Shown here one piece after another: positions 10,581 to 22,598 of a stretch of DNA of 64,000 bases. Source of the DNA: Diplonema japonicum (lineage: Eukaryota; Protista; Euglenozoa: Diplonemea); contig OZ025687.1 in the NCBI GenBank assembly GCA_964019335.1, positions 434,001 through 498,000 of the forward strand. The letters run 5' to 3'. Below the pieces are notes generated by a model, which worked only from the letters and a program-made list of their open reading frames with translations, was not told the origin of the DNA and ran no database searches. Every line of letters starts with the position of its first letter. Within the stretch, counting starts at the first letter, position 1. The position numbers and the translations under genes are program-made.

Positions 10581-13500
10581 ATGCAGCGCCCCCCTAGACA
10601 GCCTTTTGCAAAGATCCCTCCCCCTAAGCCAGGGGAGCCACCCACCCTTCGGGTGCACAACAGTGGACATGTCTATACATTACCAGCGGGTGCGCTAAGA
10701 ACGACGATTGGTGCTGTGAAAAAGGGTTTGGAGAAATATGTCATGATGCACAAGGAGCACATACGATTGCTGTACAAAGACAGAGAGCTGCAAGACCACA
10801 TGACATTCCCTGAGATAGGATTCAATCCGGCTGTCGACCATCTGGAGCTTGTGACGAACGGCCAACAACGGCAGGGATCGCCCGCAGAGCCCACTACCGA
10901 ACTCCGGGTCATCAACACGGAAAACAACAAAGAGTTCGTGTTAAAGGTGAAGTGCAGCGACCCCAGCGGGTTGAAAGTCTCCTCTCTGAAGATGGCGATT
11001 GCAGGAGAAACCGGAATCCCACCTGAAGAGCAAACCCTCACCCACAAAGGGGTTGAACTGCGAGACACATGCGCCGGTGTCAACAGCCACATATACCTCA
11101 CCAGAGTCGGTGGTCAAATACAACGTGGTCAAGCGCCCCTTGGTCGGACGGGGCAGCCTGGAGGGACACATGCATACAACCAAACTGTAACACGTACCAC
11201 GACCAGCACCGCTGGCTTCGGTGCCATGGACCGGAATACCCTCCGCGTGCACGATCAGAACGGCAAAGTCTACACGCTGTCTGCAATGTCACTGAAGATG
11301 ACCATCGGGGCTGTCAAGAAGAACCTTGAGAGGTACGCAGAGTTGAGGAGAGAAGAGATGCATATCCTGTACAAAGGCCGGGAGCTCAATGACGAAGCGA
11401 CATGCAAAAGCATCGGGTTCTTTGCCGCAACAGACTATCTGGAGCTCGCGAGAGATGGTGGCGGCGGCCGAGGGGGCCGACCCAGACCCTCTCCCTTTAC
11501 CAACGCATCCACTGCTCAGCAGGCTGCGGCACAAGAGGTACCCTTCTCTGAGATCCGCGTTATCAACACGGAAGACAACAAAGAGTTCGCCTTGAAGATA
11601 CGATGCAATGATCTCAGCGGGCTGAAGGTCTCGTCTCTGAAGACTGCGATGGCAGCAAAAACTAATATTCCCCCCGAGGAGCAGACGCTGACGCACAAGG
11701 GGGCCGAACTGCCCGACACGGGCACATGCGCTGGTGTCGACGGCCCTGTGTACCTTAGCAAGAAGTTTGCGTCCCCCCAGCAGGCGGGTCCTTTGCCAGC
11801 TGGACAGCCGTTGGGAAACTTAAGCGGTGATGGTGGTCAGCAAGCGCAGCAGTTCGCTGGCACTGTCAGCAACAAGGTTGCCGCGCAGTACCAGGCCCTC
11901 CAAGGGCTTCGCATTGTGGACGACAACGCCAAGGTGTACACACTAAAGCAGAAGGGACTGGACATGCTGGCCATGCCAATAGGAAACATCAAGCAAGTTC
12001 TAGTGAAGGATGCCGAGCTTCCCAAGGAAGAGATCCTGCTCTTCTACAAGGGCAGGGAGCTGACCGACAAAGCAACGTGCAAGGGCGTGGGCTTCGTGTC
12101 AGGAGTCGACACACTGCAGTTAAGAAGAAAAGACGAAAAGAAATCAGTAAAGCCACCCGAAGGACCTGACACCAATACAGAAGCAAAGACAGCTCAAGGG
12201 AAGGCGGTGACTGTTGTGAATGTCAACCAGCAAACAGAGCATCGCATGCACACGCAGTTTGCCAACCTCGTGAACTTAAAAGTAGATGCTCTCAAAACAT
12301 TCCTAGCCAGGGAGACAAGCATCCCCGTAGACCAACAGGTCCTCCTGTACCGTGGCAGGGAGATCACCGACCACTGCGGTGGCATCGAAGACAAGATCTA
12401 TCTCAGCAAAGTGGGCGACCCGCCACCCGATGTCGCGTACATAGAAGAAGTCATGGCCGCGAGAAAGGGCGACAAGAAGGATGATGCCCCAGCAGGTGCT
12501 GATCCTTCTGGAACTAACGATATGGTCCCTGTTAGGGATACTGGCGACAAGCCGTGCGGGGTTGTGGTGGAATATGTAACTGCAGGGGGTGTCAAGCAGC
12601 TTAGGCTTGACGGCTCCGCGGACATGTTTCATGTGAAGGGGCGGCACTTGAAAGCAGCTCTGAAGAATGATACTAAGTTAGACACCTTGGACATGGAGCT
12701 TCGATGGGAAGGGAAGGTGCTCAGCGACGAGCAGACATGCATGGAACTCGGGTTGAAGGCAGGGGACAAGCTGCAACTGGTAACAACCGTGGACCCTACT
12801 ACACATCTCAAGGAGGCGCGTAATGTGCGTGTGGTGAACCTCAACGTGAAGCCGCACAAGGAGTACGCAGTGCACAGCGTAGGTGCAGACGTGAGTATCA
12901 TGACAGGCGCAGGCATCAAAAAGGCACTGTCGCACCTTTTCACATACGAAGAGGGCTCGCGCCTCTACCTGGACAACACAGAGCTTCTCGACGACCAAAC
13001 ATGCAGGGACCTCAAGCCCGCTGCGCCCGACTACACCCTCTTCTTGTGCGAGAGGCCTCCAGAGACCATCGTCTCTTCGTTCCTGCTCGACCCCAACACG
13101 CCTGCCATCCAGCTGGAACACAGCCCCGTCGCCTCCATCGGGAACATCAGGGAACTGCTGAGGAAGACTGACGCTCTGAAACATGACAACTTCTACCTCA
13201 CCTTTCAGGGGAATCCCTGCTCCGACCTGGAGCCTGTGGGGGTGCGCCGAGTATTCGGTGTCGTGAAGACGACGAAGACTCACAGGAACATGAGGAAGCG
13301 GCGGTTCTCAATGCCCGAGGGGCGCGTAATGCAGAAGTTCTACCGAATGGAGGTGAATATGCCACGCGACCCGTGGCTTGCGTTTGGCTTCAGAGTAGGC
13401 GCGTGGGAGGGGTTGGAGAGGTCGTCGGCAGCACCAACAGCACGGTGGGGACGGGCCCTCAAGCACTACCAGAAGGACCGTGTCTTCCAAGGTCGGAAGC

Positions 13501-14334
13501 GGTCGGCATCGCAAGTCGCCATGCCTACCGACATGCCGTCTGACACTTGGTTTCAACAACTAGGGTACCGTCTGCCTGTAGTCCTGACCCTGCCTTCAAA
13601 GACAAGGGTGGTACTGGAGCAGAGGGTAGAATCGCCGATAAGATTCACTGCTGGCGAGCTTGTACCCCACCCAAGCCCTACACGAAAGAGGCTTGAAGAG
13701 GAACCACAGAGCCCAGTAGCAGGGTCGCCTTATGAAACCAGGACACAAGGTGTGACCACAACAGCGCATGAAGACGAACGGGAACGACAGCAGGAGCAGG
13801 GTTGGGAACAGGAGAACGAAGAGGCGAACGAGAAAGAGCGGGCACGAATGAAAAGCACGACCCGCTACAGTAGTACAGGGCCACGTGAAGCACGGACCCA
13901 ATCTACTTCCCAACAGGCTCATGGTATCGACTGGAAAACCTTGTCAGGAACGATGAAAAAAACCCACCATGTGGCTATGGGTTTGTCACATTCGAAGCCC
14001 GCTGAGGGCAAGACACCGCATGATGACCCTGAACGGTTGCACACTAACAGAGGGAAGGTCCTTGCCACCCCTCAGGCCTTACGAGCAGCATCTCTCCACC
14101 GAACACTCGCACCCACTACCGGATCCACGTGGGGCACGGCGAAGGGCGAGCGGACTCCTTCAGCCTCAGGGCCCGTCCCCAACCCTGTGTTCACCAGCAC
14201 CTCGAACCCCGTAGATCGACTCACGATGATTGAGGTATGAATGGGGAAATATCCGGGAGGGAGGAAGGAAAATAAAATCACAGAACATCTTAACATCCCG
14301 TTCCAACACTACCCACCGCACCGTTCCGAAGTAG
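10581..14334 (+). CDS. Large protein with at least 8 tandem ubiquitin-like domains and a low-complexity C-terminus; join(10581-14234,14284-14334)
   Basis: 1219-aa ORF with repeated Ubl motifs (LLYKDREL, TGIPPEEQTLTHKG, LFYKGRELTD, LRWEGKVLSDEQT). Probable terminal intron gtatga...cacag at 14235-14283. Confidence 0.85.
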
Positions 14335-14581
14335 TAAAGAGAAGGACTTAGGGTGTATCTTCTTCTCCCCCTCCTTTTTTTTTTTTCTTTTCTTTCTTAC
14401 TTTAATGTATTATTGTTGACTGTTATTATCCCCCCATTACTTATGTTTATCTGCTGTTTGTTAGTTTCCCTGTTTCTCTCCCCCTCCTTGTGTCCCCCCC
14501 CCCTTTTTTTTTCCTTCGACGACCAAACTTTATTTTAGAAAAAAGAAAGGGGTGTAAAACGAAAAAAGAAAGAAGAAAAGA

Positions 14582-15918
14582 ATGACAATGAGAGGAGGAG
14601 GATACAGCTACTCAACGGCGCTCAATGGAGGCTACAGCAGAGGGGTGGGGGGATCGCCTGTAGGGTATCCATCAAGGGGAGGGAGCCCACCTCCTCCGGT
14701 GTATGGGCGCAGTGCGAGTATTGAAAGGGCGCATCAGGGGAGCCCACTGAAGGAAAGGCCCACGTACCTGCCTACCCGGAGCACATCTCCCATAGACAGA
14801 TACACAGGAGTACCGAACACATGGTCACCGACAGGGCGTACCGAGAGGAGGGCGAGCCCTACGGGGATTAAAGAGAGGCCTTCGTCTGTTTTGTCCGATA
14901 ACCCTTATTCCATTGGAAGTTCGTTCAAGAGCAGCTTCACTACAGCAACCACACCTTACGGCAACTCAAGCTACACACAGTCATTCCTTAACACGACCCC
15001 TCCTAAGCAGCGAGCCTCTGCAACCCCAAGCGCGGCACACGGTGCGTCCTTCAGCAGCGGTGTCTACGGTGTTGGTGGTACCCCTCAACCCACCTCTGGC
15101 GGGAGGTACGGGTCGCCCACTGGCACCCCGAGGCAGCGCATCAGAGGGACGTCATTCAGAGAGGATTACAACGGGATGTCGCCGAGATCGAGGATGAAGA
15201 GGGCACCGTCTATGCTTGGGTCCCCAGGGACGCTGATGATCCCCCCACAGGCGGTCGAGGACTACGGGAAGTACTCTATCGTGCTGGACCTCGACGAGAC
15301 GCTTATCTATGCTAGGGAAGGGCCTTTGTACGCAAGGCCTGGTGTTGATGATTTGTTCGCAGTGCTGTCGAAGGAAGCAGAGGGCATCGCGTGGACGGCG
15401 GGGTTGAGGGCGTACGCCCAGGCCGTGCTTTTGAACATCGACAAGAATTCATCGATCAAGCATTGCATCTATCGCCACTCGAAGTGGTTCACTGGGCAGG
15501 CCGGGTACCAGAAGGACCTTTCCCTGTTGGGCCGTCCTCTTGACCGTACTGTGATCATTGAGAACACCCCTGACTGCATCCGTGCCAACAGGGAGAACGG
15601 GATCTTGGTTGCCGACTACGAGGGCGGTGAGATGCCCGACGCGACCATCCCTCGCCTCGTGGAGTTCATCCGGGGGCTGGTCAGCTCAGGAATGACCGTT
15701 CCTGCATACCTCGCGTCCTGTCCTCTTCTCTCAAAGAGGCGCGTCTCGACTGACAGGGGCGACTTCATTGAATGTTATTGGCTCGATGTCAACTCACCCG
15801 CGCAGGGTGCCAGGTAATTTACAAAAAAAAAAAAAAAAAAAAAAAATCACACAGGTCCCCTCGTATCAACAGGGATCTCAGTATCGACCAACGTTATGCT
15901 TATGTATGTGGGGGGTGA
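14582..15918 (+). CDS. SCP/FCP1 (NIF, HAD-family) CTD-type phosphatase with Ser/Pro-rich N-terminus; intron 15814-15854; possible third exon 20853-20861
   Basis: VLDLDETL catalytic motif, ARPG, WTAG...YA and KDLSLLGRPLDRTVIIEN. Poly(A)-filled GT-AG intron at 15814-15854. Confidence 0.9.
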
Positions 15919-15954
15919 GAGGGGGAGGGGGAGGGGGGGGGGACAAAGCCGAAT

Positions 15955-18900
15955 AATCGATAACATACCAATTGTGGTTGCTGTCTAGACTCACAACCAT
16001 GCTATGGTTGTCGTAGAAACAGAAATAATGTTAGGGTGGGAAACAAAAAGTCGGGTCTGGCTGGGCAAATTCCGAATGGTCTTTAAGAAATTCCCGGACG
16101 CTTAATAAACTCATTCCGACCAATTGTTGTTTTTTCCTTTTTTTTTTTTTTTTTTTTTTTTTTTTGAATCGATAACATACCAATTGTGGTTGCTGTCTAG
16201 ACTCACAACCATGCTACGGTTGTCGTAGAAACAGATACTTCGAGGGTGGAAATTCGCTCCTTTAGAATAGAGGGGAAACCATACCAATTGTGATTATTGC
16301 CCCCCGGAGGGGGGGAATTTTTTTTGGGTGGATGGATTTTTTTTGGGTGGATGCAGCAGCACTGCAGGCCGAGAAAGACGGGGTAAGGCCGAGCCACACC
16401 TTTGTGAGGAGAGCCACTGACACAAAGACACGCATCGACTACGTCTTGATGAACCCGATCGCTGCGGCGGGACTACAGAAGGCGTGGGTCCACGACACGG
16501 TGTATACCAACGAACACAGATGCCTCTCCATCAAACTGTGTATCCCTACTCTCAAGAGCAAGACACGCAAGTACTTCATCCCGAAGGAACTGCCGGTGTC
16601 GACTGCTAGTGATGACCACGTGATTGAGCTGCTACAGGCGGAGAGATTCATCCAAAAACTTGAGGACATCGACGGCGCATACCGTGTGCTGGCTGACGTC
16701 TCGGAAAGACACTGCATCACAGGCGTGCCGATGGAGCAACAGAAGGCTTTCCGAGGGAGGGGCGAGGAGCGCAAACCCAAGGAGAAATGCCTGTCGGCCA
16801 AGTCTGTAAAGGAAGCCACGGGCGCAGCGGTGGGTAGACAGAAGTCGATTGCCTGTTTGCAGAGGAAGCTTGCACACATCAGCGCGGAAATCCAGGTGAT
16901 GATTGACAAGGGACAAGTGTGCAACATGCCAGTAGTTCTGTTGAAGACTTGGGCGAATGCTCTGAGTTTGCTGGAGAAACTGCCGAACCCTCCAGTATTT
17001 GATAGAAACTTGCTGAAGGATGACCTGGAGTCGATTGTCACCAGACTTCAACTGCTAGACGACAACCTCTCCTCGCTACTACGCGAGATCGCAAAGGACA
17101 CGAGAGTGGAGCGGGAGAAGAAGTACGAGGCGAGGATCAACACCCAGTTCCAGGAGGAGCGGAGGGGGATGACCGCCTTTGTGAAAAACACTTCTACGTC
17201 AGCGGCGCAGGCAGTGGAGAGCGGCGGAGTGCTGACCGCAGACCTCGACGAGATGGACAGGATGATGCACGCGGAATGGGACGGCGTGCTCCAGATGTAC
17301 GGTGAAGGGCATGAAGAACCATCGTACGAGGCTTTCAAGGCTAGATACGGGCCATACATCTCGACGCATGACGAGCAGTTCTGGCCAAGAAATCGACGAG
17401 GACAGCACCGGGAGTTGATGGGTGGAGGATGGCAGAACTTCGCGCCATGCCAAATGTATTGTTGGATGCGTGGGCGATGCTCTTCAACGCCATCGAGGTG
17501 ACAGGGAAGTGGCCGAAGGCACTCCTGACGGCGTTGGTTACGCTGATCCCGAAGGGAGGCGAGAGGACTCCGCTCAACCACCGCCCCATCACAGTCACGA
17601 GTGCGGTCTACAGACTGTGGGCCTGTGCCAGGTTGCGTGATATATCGCCATGGCAAGAGAAATGGGCGGACGACTCGCAGCATGGTTTTCGACCACGTCA
17701 CGGGACGGACAGCATCCTGATGGAGCTCAGCACGCAGCTGGAGACGGCGATGCTGACCAACACCCCTCTTAACGGCATAGCACTGGACTTCGTCAAGTGC
17801 TTCGACAGGGTGCCACAGAAAGTAGCGTTCGGGCTTATGCAAGACCTGGGTTTGCACCAGAGGATACTGACCCCGCTCAAAGCGATGTACGCAGGCCTCA
17901 AAAGACGTTTCCGCTTCCCTACTGGCGTGGGTTCCGAGTTCCACGTGACAAATGGAATTCTCCAAGGGTGTCCAATCTCCGTCATCCTGGTGAACGCTCT
18001 GGTGTCAGTGATGGTGAAGTGCGTGATTGCTGAGGTACCTGGCTCGCGATCGCTGTCGTACGCGGACGACGCGTACCTACTTGCGCGTTTGGTCGAGGTG
18101 CTCAAGAGAGCGACCAACAAAACAATCGAGTTTTGCGAGCGGACAGGCATGCGCCTTAACGAAAACAAGTCACAAGCATTCTCGACGAAGGATGAGATCG
18201 GCCCTTGGTTGAAGTGCACAGGCTCATCGTTCAGAGTGACGAAGGGGATCAAGGCGCTTGGCGTGATCCTGAACATGAACGGGAAACATAGTTTGGACAA
18301 GCTACATTCCGCCGAAGGCCGTTTGTCCCGGCTTGGTGCATTGCCATTAAGCTTCGGGAACAAGGCGTCAATGCTGACGGGCACTGTGCTACCATCCTGT
18401 CTATACGGTACGACCTACGCTGCGCCGTCTGACAACCAGCTGAAGAAGCTCTGTACAGCGACGGTGACTTCCCTGTGGGGACCGCGCTTCAGGATGAGAT
18501 CCCCGATGGCTGTGCTCAATGTGCTGTTACCTGGACACACAGCATATCCACAAGCGAAGATTGTTTACAACACGGTGAACTGCCTGGTGCGAGAAAGCCT
18601 CACCTCCCCACAACTGTGGCAGCGAGTCAATGAGATTGTTACACTGTACCGGGAGCGAGAGGACGACGAGGAGAGGGGGCCGCTAGGGGTCTTGCTGAAG
18701 AGGTGGCTACCCTTCCTGAACAAGGGGTGGTCCTTCATTGAAGGTTTGCGCGCTCTGGTGCCCGGTGCGAGACGCCATGAAGTAAGACAGGCGATCAGAC
18801 CGGCTGTTGCAAAGGAATTGATCCACGGCAGGTCGTCTTTTGCTGGAATGGAAGCGGGTGCATGTCCGTCCACGAACGCCTGGTGGAGGAAGCTCCAGTC

Positions 18901-19884
18901 ACGGAGACCGCTGATATCGTACAGACTGCGGCGGATCATCAGCGGTGCAGTGTTCACGGTACACCCTCGAGTGTGGGGGAAGCAATTGGATGAACGTGAG
19001 GGTGTGGAAAGCTCGTCTCTTGCGTGCGACGTCTGCGACCATCGATGCCAGACGACGACAGAAGTCACGGAGCACGCCCTATGGGAATGTGCACCAGCGA
19101 GAGCTGCCCTGACAAACGAAAGATATGGCGGGATGACACGAAGTGACCTACCTGCAGTGACCGCCCTCCACGGGATCATTCCAAGGGGCGCAACGGGGGC
19201 TGCGAAGCAACAGGCGGCAGTCGTGCAACGATACCTGTTGGATGTCGTGTCAAGACGAGACGCCAGAGCGGCTGAACGGAGCACCAGAATCCTCACCACC
19301 AACCCGTGGGATGAGATCACAACGGGGAAGCAGCACACTGTGCCCACAGTGGAGCTGTTGAAATCGAACGGAGCGTCGGGAAAGGTCCTAATGTTCTACA
19401 TGAAGAGCGTCCTCAGGTGGCTGAAAAGCCTAAGATGGTACGCAGGCAGGAAGTTGACGTCCGTCACGACGATGGAGCTCGCAGTAGACTATGAGCAGGC
19501 CACCCGGCAGTCCTTGGCTGGACCCCTCGACGACCAGGACTGGCTCACAGAGAAGGCTGGAAGGATGCGATACATCTTAGGACGTATTCAGAAATGCACA
19601 GCAAAGAGTGGGAAGAATGCTTTCCCCGCCAACGCAAAGACAAGGGTACACACCCTTCGACATCTTGGGGGCCCGACGACACACGGCTACGACAGGAGAC
19701 CACTCTTCTCCTCGAGCCAAACCGCCCCCTACCTAGCACGACTCCAAGCAATGTTTCTCGCCCAGATGCCGTCCATCTCATCGCGACAAACAGCCACCGC
19801 AGGCACCAGACAGCAACCGCAGAACGGTGACCGATTAGTGTGAATTTCTCCCTAACGGTGAGCACCCACCCGCACACCGAAATT

Positions 19885-19916
<32 letters not shown>

Positions 19917-20131
19917 GAATCGATAACATACCAATTGTGGTTGCTGTTTAGACTCACAACCATGCTACGGTTGTCGTAGAAATAAAAATTCGCTCCTTTC
20001 AGAACAGGGGGGAACCCATACACAACTGTGGTTACTGCTTCCGGAAAAAAGATTTTTTTTTTCTTTGAATCGATAACATACCAATTGTGGTTGCTGTTTA
20101 GACTCACAACCATGCTACGGTTGTCGTAGAA
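15955..20131 (+). repeat. Four near-identical 64-65-nt direct repeats (15955-16018, 16166-16230, 19917-19981, 20067-20131)
   Basis: Consensus gaatcgataacataccaattgtggttgctgtYtagactcacaaccatgctaYggttgtcgtagaa; copies 2-4 are preceded by poly(T). Confidence 0.95.
16336..19981 (+). mobile_element. 5'-truncated, frameshifted non-LTR retrotransposon (APE endonuclease C-terminus, RT, Cys/His zinc finger)
   Basis: APE end HTF...RIDYVL...TNEH. RT motifs TAPGVDGW, IPKG, RPITV, QHGFR, LDFVKCFDRV, GILQGCPIS and YADD. Zinc finger CDVC...HALWEC. Frameshift near 17370-17380 joins ORFs 16290-17501 and 17429-19843. An 18-nt duplication (attttttttgggtggatg) marks the 5' junction. Confidence 0.92.
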
Positions 20132-20161
20132 GGGGAGAAAGAAGAAGAAAAAAAAAACTCG

Positions 20162-20818
20162 ATGAGTTAAAGGAAGCCGGTGGGGGCACCCTGCACAAGC
20201 ACCATTTACTTGATTACAGGGGGCGCACCTCGGCCTAGCTGTAGCTTCTTCTGCGTTCCGCGTCGTGTCCTTAATGCGTGCGGTGTGCAGCTCAACCCCG
20301 GCCGGGGCGCCCCGGGTAACCAAGATTCTGAGCCCGTGTAGTTTGCTGCCTGTTCGCCACCCAGAGCATCTGCTTCTTCCACTTGGGCGCTACCGGTGAT
20401 GACCGACGAGGAGGTCAACAGCGAACAACACATCTGATGTACTTCTTTATATTTCCATGTTATCTCCACCACCTGAAAAACTGAATTGTTTTTTTTTAGG
20501 TGGTGGGGATAACATGAAAATATAAGAAAAGCATCAGATGTGTTGTTCGCTGTTGACCTCCTCGTCGGTCATCACCGGTAGCGCCCGAGTGGAAGAACAT
20601 AATGCAGATGCTCAGGGTGACGAACAGGCAGCAAACTGCACGAGCACAGAATCTTGGTTACCCGGGACGCACCGGCTGGGGTTGAGCTGCACACCGCACG
20701 CATTAAGGACACGACGCGGAACGCAGAAGAAGCTACAACTCGGCCGCGGCGCGCCCCCTGTAATCAAGTAGACAGTTCTTGTGCAGGGCGCCGCCAACAC
20801 CGGCCTCCTTTAACTCAT
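20162..20818. repeat. ~655-bp imperfect palindrome: two head-to-head copies of a ~315-bp retroposon-like unit
   Basis: 20162-~20480 is the reverse complement of ~20492-20818 with scattered substitutions and small indels; both outer ends read cctttaactcat. Confidence 0.92.
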
Positions 20819-21161
20819 ATTTTTTTTTTCTTTTAAACTCAAACTCACGCAGAGCCGATGATGCTGCCCTGATGGAAGGAGGAAAAGAAAACTATAAACA
20901 GCTGATCTGAATGTCATTCTAAAGTTTTTTTTTTTTTCCCTTCCTTCTTTTTCCCTTCCACTTCACCTTAAGTTTCCCCTCTGCCTACTCCTGTTCCCCT
21001 GATTCCCTTTTCTTTCCTCTCTCTTTCTCCTCCTGCCCTAGATATGTTGATGTTGACATTTTTTTTTAATCTCGCTTTCTCATTCTTTGTTTTTTTTTTT
21101 TTTTGTCCTATTTACTTCCGCCCCGTTCCTCCATTTGTGTTCCCCTTCTCTCTCTATATTT

Positions 21162-21735
21162 TTTTATTTCACTCTTCGTCATTTTCTTCACTCACTAGGG
21201 GCCTCATTATTTAACGCGAAATGGCCATTATTTAACGCGAAACGGCCATTATTTAACGCGAAATCGCCATTATTTAACTAGTTAAATAATGAGATTTTGC
21301 AGTTAAATAATGGCCCTTCAGAGTGAAAAAATGGGTCTTGTCGTGGAAAAAAATGCACCCAACCCCTTGAAAAATTTTTTTGGGGTGGGGGTATTTTGAC
21401 TATTTTTGGCCATCTGAGGCCATTCCAGCCCTTAAAAGTGGGAATAAGTGCCTTACTTCCCCTTTAAATGCCACGGCGAAATAGCTACCCTGTATTACCT
21501 TAGGAAAATCCCCAAAAAGCTGACCTGCGTGAAAAAAAACAGCAGTGAAAGCAGTGAAGAGTGAGTGACTCAAATGACGAAGAGTGAAATAAAACGACTT
21601 ACTTGCCGCCAAATGAGCCATTATTTAACACTCGTTACCCGTTTTTTTGCACTCGGGCCCTGCGGGCCCTCGTGCAAAAAATTCGGGAACTCGAGTTAAA
21701 TAATGACTCATTATTTGTTGGCAATAAATAGTTAT
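21162..21735. mobile_element. Non-autonomous element with nested inverted repeats, a 21-bp tandem array and a long terminal hairpin
   Basis: 23-bp inverted repeat at 21162-84 and 21572-94; cattatttaacgcgaaaNNgc three times (21205-21267); perfect 24-bp palindrome at 21268-91; ~100-nt hairpin at 21612-21712. Confidence 0.7.
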
Positions 21736-21764
21736 TTTTTACCTTTGTTGTTGTGTTAGCATAG

Positions 21765-21811
<47 letters not shown>

Positions 21812-22563
21812 AATTTCTTTTTAAATTTATTTCAAAAAGCTGAAGAAGTTTAACTGAACAGAAAAAAAGAAAAAAAATGAGGGGAAAAAAAAAAAAAAAA
21901 AAAAAAAAAACGGAAAAGAAAAAAAATGAGGGGAAAAAAAAAAAGGGGGAGATAAAAAAGGGGGTCAATATGAACGGGAACCTATGTTTAAAAAAAAAAG
22001 AAGAGAAAAAAAAAGAAGAATGGAGGGGGGGTTTTTTTTCTTTGTCCCCCCTTTTTTGTTTTCGTTAGGCCCTGACTGACAATATAGAAGAAAAACACGA
22101 GACCATTGAAAATCAGAATTAGAAAGAAAAGAGGAGGGGGATAAAGAAAAAAACACCCTTTTTATTATTATTTTTTTTCTTAAGTATAATCTTTTTAATT
22201 AAAGGTATGAGTCAAAAAAAATATAAAAAAATAAAAGGGTGAAGACTGAAAGAGAATAAACAAAAAAAATAAAAAAAAAATAACGTAATATAGGCAGCGC
22301 TCTCCATTTACAGTTTCTTCTTGTTTTTCCTTCTAATTTTCTCACCTGCCTCCTTCGTGTCCCGGCTTCCTTTTTCCCCCCCCCCCCCCGATATTTTCTG
22401 TATCATATTTTATTTTTCTTCATTCTTTTTGTTTTCCTTCTCTTCCAGATGTATCAAGTTTGCTTTTAAAAAAAAAAAGAACGAGAGAGACCAAAACCTA
22501 GTACAACTTACGAAAAAAAAAAAAGGGAACAACCGTTTGAATATCGCTTTTGATTTCCCATGT

Positions 22564-22598
<35 letters not shown>

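Noticed and set aside
15955-16310. Spliced-leader RNA or U2/U4 snRNA genes as the repeat or target (minus-strand attg|gtatg; acagatact; gattattgc)
   Set aside because: Matches are only about 9 nt; the conserved euglenozoan SL exon core cagtttctgtact and the snRNA structures are absent.
17370-17430. Programmed frameshift or two-ORF organisation in the retrotransposon
   Set aside because: The break falls between the APE linker and RT domain 0 with residues apparently missing and no slippery site, so it is better explained as a deletion in a dead copy.
15955-20131. 65-nt repeats as a CRISPR array
   Set aside because: Eukaryotic context, repeats too long, spacers unequal and mutually homologous, poly(T) before the repeats, and no cas genes.
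20755-20810. Twister-ribozyme-like words (caag, gtgcaggg, ccgccaacac) at the palindrome tip
   Set aside because: The pseudoknot pairings cannot be formed and the words are not conserved in the other arm.
20206-20836. Mirror-image ORFs in the palindrome arms as genes
   Set aside because: They are short, follow from the inverted repeat, and have no recognisable domain.
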